Counted from the first letter of the stretch, positions 38,813 through 47,979 are shown. The stretch is 64,000 nucleotides of DNA from Candidatus Hodarchaeota archaeon (GCA_048887225.1 JBHLJY010000001.1:100335-164334), one strand, 5' to 3'. The notes: a model not told the origin generated them from the sequence alone. Program-made: numbers and translations.

Positions 38813-39328
38813 TTGAAAAAAAAATTACAATTTGGATTTATGTTGACAATTTTTTTAGTCTCAGTTGTAACAGCAATTATTTTGTTCTCAAGCGCAAATA
38901 CAAACATCACTAATAATTCTGCTATTGATGATGAAGCAAAATTAACAGTAGAAGCTGAAATCGACAATAGAAAGGAGCCAAACACGGCACTAACTGAACC
39001 ACAAGAGGGTGAAGTTGACGTTGTATTTAATCTTACAGTTGATGTTGGATGTAAGATAGGACTTGGAAATGATAAAAAAAAAATAAATCCATCCAAGCAA
39101 TGGCAATATCATTTAGAATTCATAAATATTCCCGGAATATACGATACAGAAGCTAAAGAGATTAAAGATTTGGACATAATTATTGAAGAGTTCGTTGAAA
39201 ATTGGCTTGAAAATAATGTTAAGAATAAGGGAAGAAAAAAGAAGATGCTTGAACGATATGTTATCATTGATTATGAGGTTATAATGGAATTGCTACCGGA
39301 GCCACCAGAGCCACCAGGACCCGCATAA
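38813..39328 (+). CDS. small membrane-anchored/secreted hypothetical protein
   Basis: 171 aa with a TTG start after a GAGGAGA SD. It has an N-terminal hydrophobic helix and a C-terminal PEPPEPPGP tail. Confidence 0.5.
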   Translation: MKKKLQFGFMLTIFLVSVVTAIILFSSANTNITNNSAIDDEAKLTVEAEIDNRKEPNTALTEPQEGEVDVVFNLTVDVGCKIGLGNDKKKINPSKQWQYHLEFINIPGIYDTEAKEIKDLDIIIEEFVENWLENNVKNKGRKKKMLERYVIIDYEVIMELLPEPPEPPGPA

Positions 39329-39343
39329 TTTTTAATTATTCTC

Positions 39344-39359
39344 TTTTTTTTTATTTTTT
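39344..39359 (+). terminator. poly-T tract (terminator candidate)
   Basis: The sequence T9-A-T6 follows shortly after the stop at 39326-39328. Confidence 0.4.
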
Positions 39360-39522
39360 AAGGAGTCTAATAATTAGAGCAAGTATAATACTGAAAATTT
39401 TAAAATTTTATTGAAATTAATTCTCTTCCGTCGAAGTTAATAATTAATCCTAAGAAATTTATACTATGTATTTTTTATATTAAATTACTTACTTCAAGTT
39501 AATTTTTAAAGGTGGGATATCT

Positions 39523-40371
39523 TTGTGTAAAATCTGTAGAATGCATGCTGAGGGTCATGGTAAGTGGTATTTAAATCCCAAGGGCTATTCAGAGGAATTA
39601 TTTTATAAATTATCATTACTTGATCGTATTTTAGGCAGAAAATCCAAAAAAGTCAGAGTTGCGCTTAAAGACAATGATTCGTCTTGGTTTCCTCTTGGTA
39701 TTTCAAAACTTATGGATCAGGTTGACTTGGTGAGTAAGCCTCTAATTGGCCGCTTAGTTAGAATGATCGGAAATCGTGTCGCTCTCCGTTCTCACTCAGG
39801 TCAGGTTGTTCCATTAGAAGATGCGTTTAAAATTGTGGATTTGAGTTACGATCACGTTGTTTACCCTTGCATGTGTAAAAGACTTTTTAAAGGTCATGAC
39901 GAATATAAATGCCTTAATTTTGCTCCACTCACAGAAGAAAATAGAAAAAGTCCGAGAGCTTGGAAGGAAAAACATCTCAGTCCTGAAGAAGCAAAAGCAA
40001 AGTTAGAAGAATTCTCAGAAAAAGGATACGTTCATGCGGTTTTCTGGTGGTATGGAATGCCCCAGGCAGTTTGCATCTGTAACTGTGATAACAAGTATTG
40101 TTTTGCGGCGAGACCTAGATTGTGGTATGATGTAGAAAATACATACAGAAGGGCAGAGTATGTAGCCAAAGTTAATGGTGATGAATGTATCAGTTGCGGC
40201 AATTGTATAGAACGCTGCCAATTTGGGGCAATATCCTTAGGAAAGGACGACCGGGCTATAATAGAACCAACAATTTGCTTTGGTTGTGGGCAATGCAGAG
40301 TTGTATGCGAGCAGAACGCCATAAAGCTTCTTGATAGAAACACTCATTTAGTAGCGCAAAAAATTTGGTAA
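39523..40371 (+). CDS. Fe-S protein with C-terminal 2x[4Fe-4S] ferredoxin domain
   Basis: 282 aa with a TTG start after a GGTGGGA SD. It carries CISCGNCIERC and CFGCGQCRVVCE, plus the upstream Cys clusters CMCKR...C and CICNCDNKYC. Confidence 0.7.
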   Translation: MCKICRMHAEGHGKWYLNPKGYSEELFYKLSLLDRILGRKSKKVRVALKDNDSSWFPLGISKLMDQVDLVSKPLIGRLVRMIGNRVALRSHSGQVVPLEDAFKIVDLSYDHVVYPCMCKRLFKGHDEYKCLNFAPLTEENRKSPRAWKEKHLSPEEAKAKLEEFSEKGYVHAVFWWYGMPQAVCICNCDNKYCFAARPRLWYDVENTYRRAEYVAKVNGDECISCGNCIERCQFGAISLGKDDRAIIEPTICFGCGQCRVVCEQNAIKLLDRNTHLVAQKIW

Positions 40372-40387
40372 GAGGGAAGCATATAAA

Positions 40388-40651
40388 ATGGTAAAATTCT
40401 ATTATGATAACAAGAAATGCGAATTACTTTACGATCAAGCAGAATATCGACCCACAAAATGTTTAAAATGTCTTGATATCTGTCCTTATTCTCTGTTAAT
40501 GTTTGTACCAATGAAGGAAATGCGTAAGGATGGAGCCCCTTCAAAATTTAAAATTCACCTAACTTTCAGGTCCTATGCTGATAAATTTTGTCCTGAATGC
40601 TTGAAATGTGTTGAAGAATGCCCCTCCAATGCTATAAAAATAAAGATTTAG
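40388..40651 (+). CDS. small ferredoxin-like protein
   Basis: 87 aa. CLKCLDICP and CPECLKCVEECP form a dicluster-like arrangement. Confidence 0.6.
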   Translation: MVKFYYDNKKCELLYDQAEYRPTKCLKCLDICPYSLLMFVPMKEMRKDGAPSKFKIHLTFRSYADKFCPECLKCVEECPSNAIKIKI

Positions 40652-40716
40652 ATCTAATTCTTGTATATTCAAATATTATACATATTAATTATTTAGTCAA
40701 ATTAGTAAAATATAAT

Positions 40717-40878
40717 ATGAGCAATAAAAAAAAACACATTGATGATTGTGGTTGCGAGCATCATCCGCGTGGAAAAAATCCCTCACACCACATAGATGAT
40801 AAATGTCCTACTGATTTAGTTTTTGATAATCTAATAGAGACCTTAAAAAAGGAATTTAAAAAAGATTTCGAAGATTAA
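40717..40878 (+). CDS. small Cys/His-rich hypothetical protein
   Basis: 53 aa from the internal ATG (MSNKKKHIDDCGCEHHP...). The longer track ORF from 40618 overlaps the preceding gene. Confidence 0.3.
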   Translation: MSNKKKHIDDCGCEHHPRGKNPSHHIDDKCPTDLVFDNLIETLKKEFKKDFED

Positions 40879-40975
40879 TAAGTTCAAAATAAGTTAATCT
40901 TTAAAGGACTGAATAAAACGTATAGAAACACTGGAATTGAAAAAGTAAAAAAATTTAATTTTAAGAGCTTTTTAC

Positions 40976-41560
40976 TCATAATGAGTAAGAAGTTGAAAAT
41001 TCAGGGTAAACTAACTTTTCTTCATGCATTTGCTGTAATGCTAACTCAAATACGAGTCTGAAAACATTATTTACATTATATCCCGTTTTAGAAGATGCTT
41101 TTATGTAATATTCTTTTTTTATTTCGCACATTTCTGCTATCTCAAAAACTACATCATCTTGAATCCCAGGATAATAATTTTCATTAATAAGATCGTGTTT
41201 TGTACCGACTAGAATTAAAGGAAGTCTATTATTCTTTGAACGAAACATGTTTGCCCAGTACGGTATGTTTTCTAAACTGTGTATACTCGTTAAATCAAAG
41301 AGTAATACGCCAACATCTGCCCCATTTACATGGCATTCGTGTAAAAAACGAAATCTTTCTTGCCCTCCCAAATCCCATATTTGCAGCTTACAATGTGTAG
41401 AGTTAAAACTCCATTCTTTTACAAAAAAATCTAAGCCTATTGTCATAATCATATTTTCTACGAATATTCCTTTGGTATATTTATTGAGCATTGTCGTTTT
41501 ACCGACTCCTCCGTTACCGCCCATTATTATTTTAAAAAGGTAATTTGTCATAGACGACAT
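40976..41560 (-). CDS. Rab-like small GTPase (Ras superfamily)
   Basis: 194 aa. Motifs: G1 GGNGGVGKTT, switch I TIGLDF, G3 KLQIWDLGGQERFRF, G4 GTKHD, G5 SSK. There is no C-terminal Cys lipidation motif. Confidence 0.9.
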   Translation of the reverse strand: MSSMTNYLFKIIMGGNGGVGKTTMLNKYTKGIFVENMIMTIGLDFFVKEWSFNSTHCKLQIWDLGGQERFRFLHECHVNGADVGVLLFDLTSIHSLENIPYWANMFRSKNNRLPLILVGTKHDLINENYYPGIQDDVVFEIAEMCEIKKEYYIKASSKTGYNVNNVFRLVFELALQQMHEEKLVYPEFSTSYSL

Positions 41561-41805
41561 TTTTGACTAAAGATATATTCTTATTAATAAAAAAAAAATA
41601 ATCTTCATATTTAAATAAACGGTTATTTCCCTTATGTCGCAAGACAAAAGGAAAAATTAACTAACTTAAAGAATAAATATAATCAATAATTTCACTTAAT
41701 ATATTTTATTCGGTTTAGTAATACAACTTAAAAAACATGAAATCGTATTTTAGATTATACGTTCTAATTTGAAATATTTAAAAACACTATGTTTAAATTT
41801 GGAAA

Positions 41806-43713
41806 TTATAGGTATTTTTCTAATCCAAGGGTTTTAACTTTCTCTTGAGTAGGGAGACCATTCTCTTTATCCCACCCCCGCTCGTCATAATAATCGTTGA
41901 GCAATTGATTTGCGATTTCAGGTGTTATCTTAGTTTCGCCAAAAAAATCCAGAAAGTTAAGCGTATTTTTTCCAAATTGTAATGGTTCAAACCATCCTTT
42001 TGGAAAATTATCATCATTTCGAGTAAAACCTACTTTTGCGTTCAATAATTTAAGTAAATTCCAAGTGCGTTCGGCAGCTAACATCAAATCTTCAGGGAGC
42101 ATATCAAAACTAGTCACAGCATTAAAAAATTCTGTAGCAGATTCCAGACTATAGAAACGATTTATTTGAGCCCTAGCACATAGTCCAAGGGAAGTTAGCA
42201 CAGTATACCAATCCTCTGAGTAGCGAGTTAATCGTCCAACATTAATGACCATTTCTTGCATAGGAGGAGAGAAAATTCTATTTATAGCAGGATCAGGAAT
42301 GCCCATTCGCTTGAAATGAGACTTGAATTTCTCTGGGGAGGAACCTGCGCCAATATAAGTAGGGGAGCCTCCTGATGCTACATGAGCACCTTTAGGATTC
42401 ACTACTTGTTCAAATTCCATCGTGCCAAGGTGTAATAATCTTGGTTCAAAGACGATGTCTAAACCTTTTATAGCAAGTATTTTATCAGAAAGATCATCGT
42501 AAGCTTTAGTCAATTTACTGAATCCATCAGCCAAAATATCTCCAAACCCTTTTCTACGCGCAATCATTTCAATTGCTCGGATTAAAGTATTGTAATCCTG
42601 TTTAAATTCCATATTGGTGTTTTTTTTGGTTAAGATTCCGGTTTCATATAATTTGGTACATAAATCTAGAAGCGCTGTTACCATCATGTAATCTAAGCCA
42701 TATCTATTGCATAGATCACACGCTTTAATTGCCTCATAGTTATAATTTAAATCTTCAAGCTCCGTAAACAATAAAAAGGGATTAATAATCGAAGAGGTAT
42801 AATGAATAAGCCCTTTAAAATCACCCTCTTTAAGTTCAAGAATATCTTTATCACCCATTGGGCAAGATGGACAAGCTATGCGCCGTTTTTTCAATTCTTT
42901 AAGGTAAATACGTTCACTACATTGTCGAGCCTTTTGATTTTGTCCTGATGCTTTGAAGAGCATTCCTACTGGCAGACTTCTTAGCATTCCAAGGTCGTGC
43001 CAAGATTTTCTATGCGGGTAATTTCTGATGCGCTCAAAAAGCTTTTTATACAATTTATTAAATTCCTTTGGGCGTGCGATGGAAATGCCTTTTGTTCCTT
43101 TCGCAACAATTGCCTTAAGGTTCTTAGAACCCAAAACAGCTCCAAGTCCACCACGACCTAATGTTGAAGTTTTATCAATTAAAGCCATAGAAATTTTAAC
43201 TAAATTTTCTCCCGCTTGACCAATTGCAATAGTTCCGCAAGAGTTAAATTTTTTTCTGAGGGCGTTGTGCGTTTCTATGATATCTTTACCCCATAAATTT
43301 TCAGCATCGCATAGTTCAATGTGGTCGTTCCATATTAGCAAATATACTGGTTTTTCTGCTTTTCCCGATAATATCACATGGTCATATCCAGCGTGCTTTA
43401 AATTGAATCCGAAACTCATACTACCACAAGAATAGGCAATTGCCCCTGTCGAGGGGAATTTAGTGTTGCCAACAATTCGAGAAGAGCCAGGCGTAATAGT
43501 ACCGACTAAAGGACCTGTGCCTATTACAATAAAATTTTCAGAAGAAAGAGCGTCGATCTTGGGTTTAATCAATTCAGTGATAAGCTTAGTATTTATTCCG
43601 AGGGCCCCAATAAATTGTTTAACGTCGTCGAGGCCTAGTTGAGCGATTGAAATTTTGTTATTTGTTAAATCTATATTAAGAATATTGCCTGTATAACCGA
43701 ACCATTCCCTCAA
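41806..43713 (-). CDS. aor: aldehyde:ferredoxin oxidoreductase (tungsten/molybdopterin AOR family)
   Basis: It has the canonical N-terminus FGYTGNILNIDLT, plus GGLGAVLGSKNLKAIV and a CPSCPMG cluster region. I place the start at TTG 43713, directly after a GGAGGTGGAGG SD and overlapping the upstream ferredoxin stop (TTGA). The ORF track uses TTG 43752. Confidence 0.85.
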   Translation of the reverse strand: MREWFGYTGNILNIDLTNNKISIAQLGLDDVKQFIGALGINTKLITELIKPKIDALSSENFIVIGTGPLVGTITPGSSRIVGNTKFPSTGAIAYSCGSMSFGFNLKHAGYDHVILSGKAEKPVYLLIWNDHIELCDAENLWGKDIIETHNALRKKFNSCGTIAIGQAGENLVKISMALIDKTSTLGRGGLGAVLGSKNLKAIVAKGTKGISIARPKEFNKLYKKLFERIRNYPHRKSWHDLGMLRSLPVGMLFKASGQNQKARQCSERIYLKELKKRRIACPSCPMGDKDILELKEGDFKGLIHYTSSIINPFLLFTELEDLNYNYEAIKACDLCNRYGLDYMMVTALLDLCTKLYETGILTKKNTNMEFKQDYNTLIRAIEMIARRKGFGDILADGFSKLTKAYDDLSDKILAIKGLDIVFEPRLLHLGTMEFEQVVNPKGAHVASGGSPTYIGAGSSPEKFKSHFKRMGIPDPAINRIFSPPMQEMVINVGRLTRYSEDWYTVLTSLGLCARAQINRFYSLESATEFFNAVTSFDMLPEDLMLAAERTWNLLKLLNAKVGFTRNDDNFPKGWFEPLQFGKNTLNFLDFFGETKITPEIANQLLNDYYDERGWDKENGLPTQEKVKTLGLEKYL

Positions 43714-43955
43714 ACCTCCACCTCCTTTAGTTCTAAAGCACCATAAAGACAATGTTTAGCACACTGACCGCAACGAAGGCAGCTATTTAAAAAAGAGATT
43801 TTCGGACTTAAACCATGTCCATTTACCACTTGAATATGCGCTTCAGAGAGATTAAATTTTTTCGAGTGAAAAAGAGAACATGTTAATTGGCAAATCAAAC
43901 ATCCTGTACAATTATTTTCGTGGACAATAATAACTATGGAAATTTTTTTTGCCAT
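43710..43955 (-). CDS. 4Fe-4S ferredoxin-like protein (AOR-associated)
   Basis: 81 aa. It carries CTGCLICQLTC and CLRCGQCAKHC, and its stop overlaps the AOR start. Confidence 0.7.
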   Translation of the reverse strand: MAKKISIVIIVHENNCTGCLICQLTCSLFHSKKFNLSEAHIQVVNGHGLSPKISFLNSCLRCGQCAKHCLYGALELKEVEV

Positions 43956-44090
43956 AGTAATAATTTTTCTTAAATATTAAATAAGTATTTTTTTAAAGAA
44001 AATAAATTTTGCTGAAATTATCTTTTTGTTTTCCTTACTTTCTAAAAACCGCTTTTTTCCTTAAATTATTAAAAAAGGATAAAATGATAT

Positions 44091-45164
44091 CTAACGCCAC
44101 TCACAGCCACATTCGCCGCATCTCAATTTCTTGCCGTAAATTCGTGGATAAACCGAAATAAGGTTAGTTTTATCAAGGATTTCGTGAATAAATCTTCTAT
44201 TTGTATTACCACATTTAGGACAGCTTTTTCTCCCTACAGAGGATTCAATTGGTGTTTCTTTTTCCATTAGTAATGCTGATCCCGTTCCATATTCTTTATC
44301 GTAAAATGGGGTCGAGATTTTTGGTTTCTCCATTGATCTTTCTCTGATCATTCTTGCTACAATCCCTTTTGGAATTTCAGGAAATTTTTCAAAAGACCTT
44401 CTTTTCACTTTTACGCTTACAATTTCTTTTTCTTTCCGTTGGGTGATTTCAGGAGTCACTTCCACAATTCCTTTAAGGTTTAAATTTTCGATCTCTAATT
44501 CAGTAATTTTTTCGTTTAAGTCAATAATTAGTTTTTCTAATTTAGCAATGATAAATCTATCACTTTTTAGTTTTTCGCAATATTTATTAACTCGTTTGTT
44601 CTCCTCTTCTAAATTGGAGATTTTTTCGTTTAAACCAAGAATATGTTCTTCGAGATCAACAATATCTAACTGGTAATGCTTTTTGGCCTCATCACTTTTA
44701 GAAAGTAATTCTTTCTCCTTTTTAAGCTCTAATATTTCTTGGTTTATTGTTTCTTTGCTTTTAAGTAACTCTCTATTTTCCACTTGTAACTTACTAATTT
44801 GTTTTTCTAAATTAGCAATTTCTTCGTTTAACCAATCAATTTCTCCTTGTAGCTCTGTTTTTTCGTCCTTTATCTTCTCTATTGTATCGGATTTAATTCC
44901 TAAAACTATTAGATCATCAATATCTTTGCTTTTTTCTAATTCTGTAGCTAATTCATCGATTCTTTCTTTAAAAAGTTGTTTCTCGTGTTCTTTTTGAGCT
45001 AACTCTCGTTTTTGTGAAGCTATAATACTCTTAAAATTTAAAATCTCGTCGTTTTTTAATTTATTTATCACGTTGCGCAGTTTTTTAATAGTATTTTCCA
45101 ATTCAGAGCGAGTTTTTTGTTCGCTATCGTAAGAATCAAGCAAGTTTTCTATATCCTTAGTCAT
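44091..45164 (-). CDS. long coiled-coil protein with C-terminal zinc ribbon
   Basis: 357 aa. About 240 aa form heptad-rich E/K/L/N sequence (LEKQISKLQVENRELL, ISNLEEENKRV, ITELEIENLNLK). The C-terminus reads CPKCG-x28-CGECGC. Confidence 0.6.
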   Translation of the reverse strand: MTKDIENLLDSYDSEQKTRSELENTIKKLRNVINKLKNDEILNFKSIIASQKRELAQKEHEKQLFKERIDELATELEKSKDIDDLIVLGIKSDTIEKIKDEKTELQGEIDWLNEEIANLEKQISKLQVENRELLKSKETINQEILELKKEKELLSKSDEAKKHYQLDIVDLEEHILGLNEKISNLEEENKRVNKYCEKLKSDRFIIAKLEKLIIDLNEKITELEIENLNLKGIVEVTPEITQRKEKEIVSVKVKRRSFEKFPEIPKGIVARMIRERSMEKPKISTPFYDKEYGTGSALLMEKETPIESSVGRKSCPKCGNTNRRFIHEILDKTNLISVYPRIYGKKLRCGECGCEWR

Positions 45165-45331
45165 AATCCTAAAGCCCAGATTATTTTATAATTTTATAAA
45201 ATTAACCTTGTTTAAAAATTAATCAAGCTTATATTAAAAACTTAAGGAAACTAATCTAATTTTTAATTTCAACTTTTTTATTTATTTGGGCAAAATTACA
45301 GATAATATACGGGCAAAATTAATTATTAATG

Positions 45332-45775
45332 CTATTTTTCTAATATTTTTTTCAAATTTTCTCCTTCTTCAATCATATGCTGAGTAATAGATCTTACTGA
45401 CTTCTTAGCTAGTTTTGAAAGCAGCTTGCCTATACGAAAATCAAGAGTAGCAGTGAAAATACTACCATTTTCAGTAGGTTCTATTTCAAAGGTTCCGCCA
45501 TAGAGTAATAATTTTAATGATCCAACTGTCTTAAACTCAAATAATTTATTAGAGATAAGTCTTTTTAATTTAGCCCTTAGTTTAAGTAATTCACCTTTAA
45601 CTTCTTCTTCAGTATACATTATTGAACCGACTTCATTTGGTTCTCCTTTTTCCCAATTTGCTTTTATATGTGCTGGATGCCATTCGCAATAATTATCAAC
45701 AAAATTTAATAACCAATTCCAAATTTTTTCCGGCTGGACATTTATTTCAATAGATTCTCTAAGTGTTTTAATTAT
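45332..45775 (-). CDS. SRPBCC (START/polyketide-cyclase-like) family protein, probable non-ATG start
   Basis: The track ORF (95 aa from ATG 45619) lacks the N-terminal half of the fold. The in-frame upstream sequence IIKTLRESIEINVQPEKIWNWLLNFVDNYCEWHP is open back to the stop at 45779-45781. It contains no ATG, GTG or TTG. GGTGA precedes ATA (45775-45773) and ATT. Confidence 0.55.
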   Translation of the reverse strand: MIKTLRESIEINVQPEKIWNWLLNFVDNYCEWHPAHIKANWEKGEPNEVGSIMYTEEEVKGELLKLRAKLKRLISNKLFEFKTVGSLKLLLYGGTFEIEPTENGSIFTATLDFRIGKLLSKLAKKSVRSITQHMIEEGENLKKILEK

Positions 45776-45790
45776 TGTTCACCAAATATA

Positions 45791-46954
45791 TTATTTTTTC
45801 AATAATCCTTTATCTTTTCTTAATTTTCTTTTTTCTAAGCGTTTTTTGACAACACAATATACCTCGCCTGTCATCATTGTCATAAGACAAGAATTACAAC
45901 TAATACAGAGGGCTGGTGAAAGATCGCCGTTCTTCCAACGATTTGGGAGATCCGGCTCGTAAATCAATGGTCTACACATCGATATAAAATCTGAGTGATT
46001 CTCTTTGAGAATTTTTTCGGCAGATATAGGATTTTTAATTCCTCCTACGAGAATTAACTTACAATGATTCATTATCGGCTTTAATTCTTTAGCGGTTGGT
46101 AGAAAGTAATTCTCATCCTCTGGTGTTTTAATCATTTTGCTGGGGATTGCGTTTCTTACCTCTGTCATCATCTCACTACCTCCTCCACTCGGCTCAATCG
46201 CATCATATCCCGTGTCTACAAGAATTTTAGTAATTTTTTTTGCTTCAGTTATGGTGAGACCACCTGGAACAAAATCATCAGTTTGTAATTTGATAATAAT
46301 AGGAAAATTTTTTCCAACCTCGTCTCTAAGTTGATTGTAAATATCAACGAAGATTTTTGTTCGGCTTTTAGTATCTCCTCCATATTTATCTTCCCGTCTG
46401 TTTATGTGAGGTGAAATAAAATTGTTTAGTAAATACCCATGAGCGGCGTGTAATTGTACCATATCATAGCCAGTTTCGTAAGCCCTCATTCCTGCTCCTA
46501 CAAATTTTTCAATAATTTCTCCAATTTCTTCGGCTGTCAATTCTCGTGGTATTAAATTTGTTGCTTTATTTAGTATTGGTGAGGGGCCTACAGGAGGATA
46601 TTTAGGATGAATCCCTTGACGACCAATATGAACTAATTGGGCTGCAATTTTTACGCTAGAATAATTGTGAACCGCCTCAACTAATTGTTTTTGTCCTGAA
46701 ACATAAGAATCTTCATATAAATAAGCCTGATTTTGGCTACCTGAACTTTTAGGATCTACAGCAATAGCACCCGTGATTATTAATCCTGTGCCACCTTGAG
46801 CTAAGTCGGTATATAATTTTATAAGTCGATCGGTAACGTAGCCATCTTTAGTCGCCCTTTTTTCGTACGTCGCAGACCGGACAATTCTATTTTTAATTTG
46901 GACGTTTCTTATTTTTCCAGGACGAAAAAGATATTTTAATTCTATTTTAATCAC
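45791..46954 (-). CDS. Old Yellow Enzyme family NADH:flavin oxidoreductase (2,4-dienoyl-CoA reductase-like) with C-terminal Cys motif
   Basis: 387 aa with a GTG start. It carries IKNRIVRSAT and HAAHGYLLNNFISPHINRREDKYGG, with CISCNSC...C at the C-terminus. Confidence 0.85.
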   Translation of the reverse strand: MIKIELKYLFRPGKIRNVQIKNRIVRSATYEKRATKDGYVTDRLIKLYTDLAQGGTGLIITGAIAVDPKSSGSQNQAYLYEDSYVSGQKQLVEAVHNYSSVKIAAQLVHIGRQGIHPKYPPVGPSPILNKATNLIPRELTAEEIGEIIEKFVGAGMRAYETGYDMVQLHAAHGYLLNNFISPHINRREDKYGGDTKSRTKIFVDIYNQLRDEVGKNFPIIIKLQTDDFVPGGLTITEAKKITKILVDTGYDAIEPSGGGSEMMTEVRNAIPSKMIKTPEDENYFLPTAKELKPIMNHCKLILVGGIKNPISAEKILKENHSDFISMCRPLIYEPDLPNRWKNGDLSPALCISCNSCLMTMMTGEVYCVVKKRLEKRKLRKDKGLLKK

Positions 46955-47050
46955 CTAAATAAATTTATATACTAATATTTTTATTGTTTTTTGATTTATA
47001 ACATTCATATTTCAATAAAGTCAATACTTACAATTATAAAGGAAAGATAA

Positions 47051-47974
47051 ATGCCAAAATTCGAATATAACGATTATTGGTTTAATTACGTTCTTAACGC
47101 TGATCCTCATGAAATCAAAAATATTATTAAAGAAGAATACATCACTTCTGATGGCTTAAAAATCCACATAGATATTTACGATAAAGAAGAGTCATTAAAT
47201 AAAACAGTTATTTTTATCCACGGGACTTCAGTTTATAGCCGATTTTATGCCGAGTTTTTGTATAATCTTTTTCAAAAAGGATTTCGTATCGTTGCGCCCG
47301 ATATGATAGGACATGGGTTAAGTGAAGGAAAAAGAGGGCACTTTACTATGGAAAAATTCACGAACACAATTTACGACGTAAATAATTATGTTAGAAAAAA
47401 TTTTGGAGAGAGCGTTGCGGTTATGGGTTCGAGTTTGGGTGGTATCACTACTCTCTATAGTGTTGCTTATGATAAGAGGTTTAAAGCAGGAATTTGTCAT
47501 AACGCAGCAATATTTAATGAGGAAGCATATAAAAAAATTCTTAAAATCGAAGGTAAACTGAAGGATTTGGCTTCAGAAGTTCCGATGTTAGCAAAAAGTG
47601 CCCCAAAATCAAGATTAAGTGTTTTTACTTATTTAGATTTCTATAAGTTAGCGAAATCAGAAGATATAATTAAAAGGATTGATTTGCTGATGAAAGACAA
47701 GATACTTTCTGATAAATATTCTATGACTGCTATTTATACTCAAATGAGTGCACCATTAGCAAGACAAATTGAAAAAATTGATACCCCAATAATGATAATT
47801 AACGGAGATGAAGATGTATTATTTACGGTCGATTATATGCAAGAAATTTACGATAGATTAAAGTGTAAAGATAAAAAATTGGAAATTTTAAAAGGAGCAT
47901 CTCACTTAATTCTGCATGAAAACATTGAAGAAGTTATAAAACGTATTATCCCGTGGTTAAAAATACACCTATGA
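47051..47974 (+). CDS. alpha/beta hydrolase (lysophospholipase/monoacylglycerol lipase-like)
   Basis: 307 aa. It carries HGTSVYSRFY, GHGLSEGKRGH, GSSLGG and ASHLILHE. Confidence 0.75.
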   Translation: MPKFEYNDYWFNYVLNADPHEIKNIIKEEYITSDGLKIHIDIYDKEESLNKTVIFIHGTSVYSRFYAEFLYNLFQKGFRIVAPDMIGHGLSEGKRGHFTMEKFTNTIYDVNNYVRKNFGESVAVMGSSLGGITTLYSVAYDKRFKAGICHNAAIFNEEAYKKILKIEGKLKDLASEVPMLAKSAPKSRLSVFTYLDFYKLAKSEDIIKRIDLLMKDKILSDKYSMTAIYTQMSAPLARQIEKIDTPIMIINGDEDVLFTVDYMQEIYDRLKCKDKKLEILKGASHLILHENIEEVIKRIIPWLKIHL

Positions 47975-47979
47975 TTTTT

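Noticed and set aside
40618-40716. The N-terminal 33 codons of the 86-aa track ORF overlap the end of the ferredoxin-like gene.
   Set aside because: The overlapped part translates to an implausible sequence (MPLQCYKNKDLDLILVYSNIIHINYLV...). The internal ATG at 40717 gives a compact Cys/His peptide. Even that call is low confidence.
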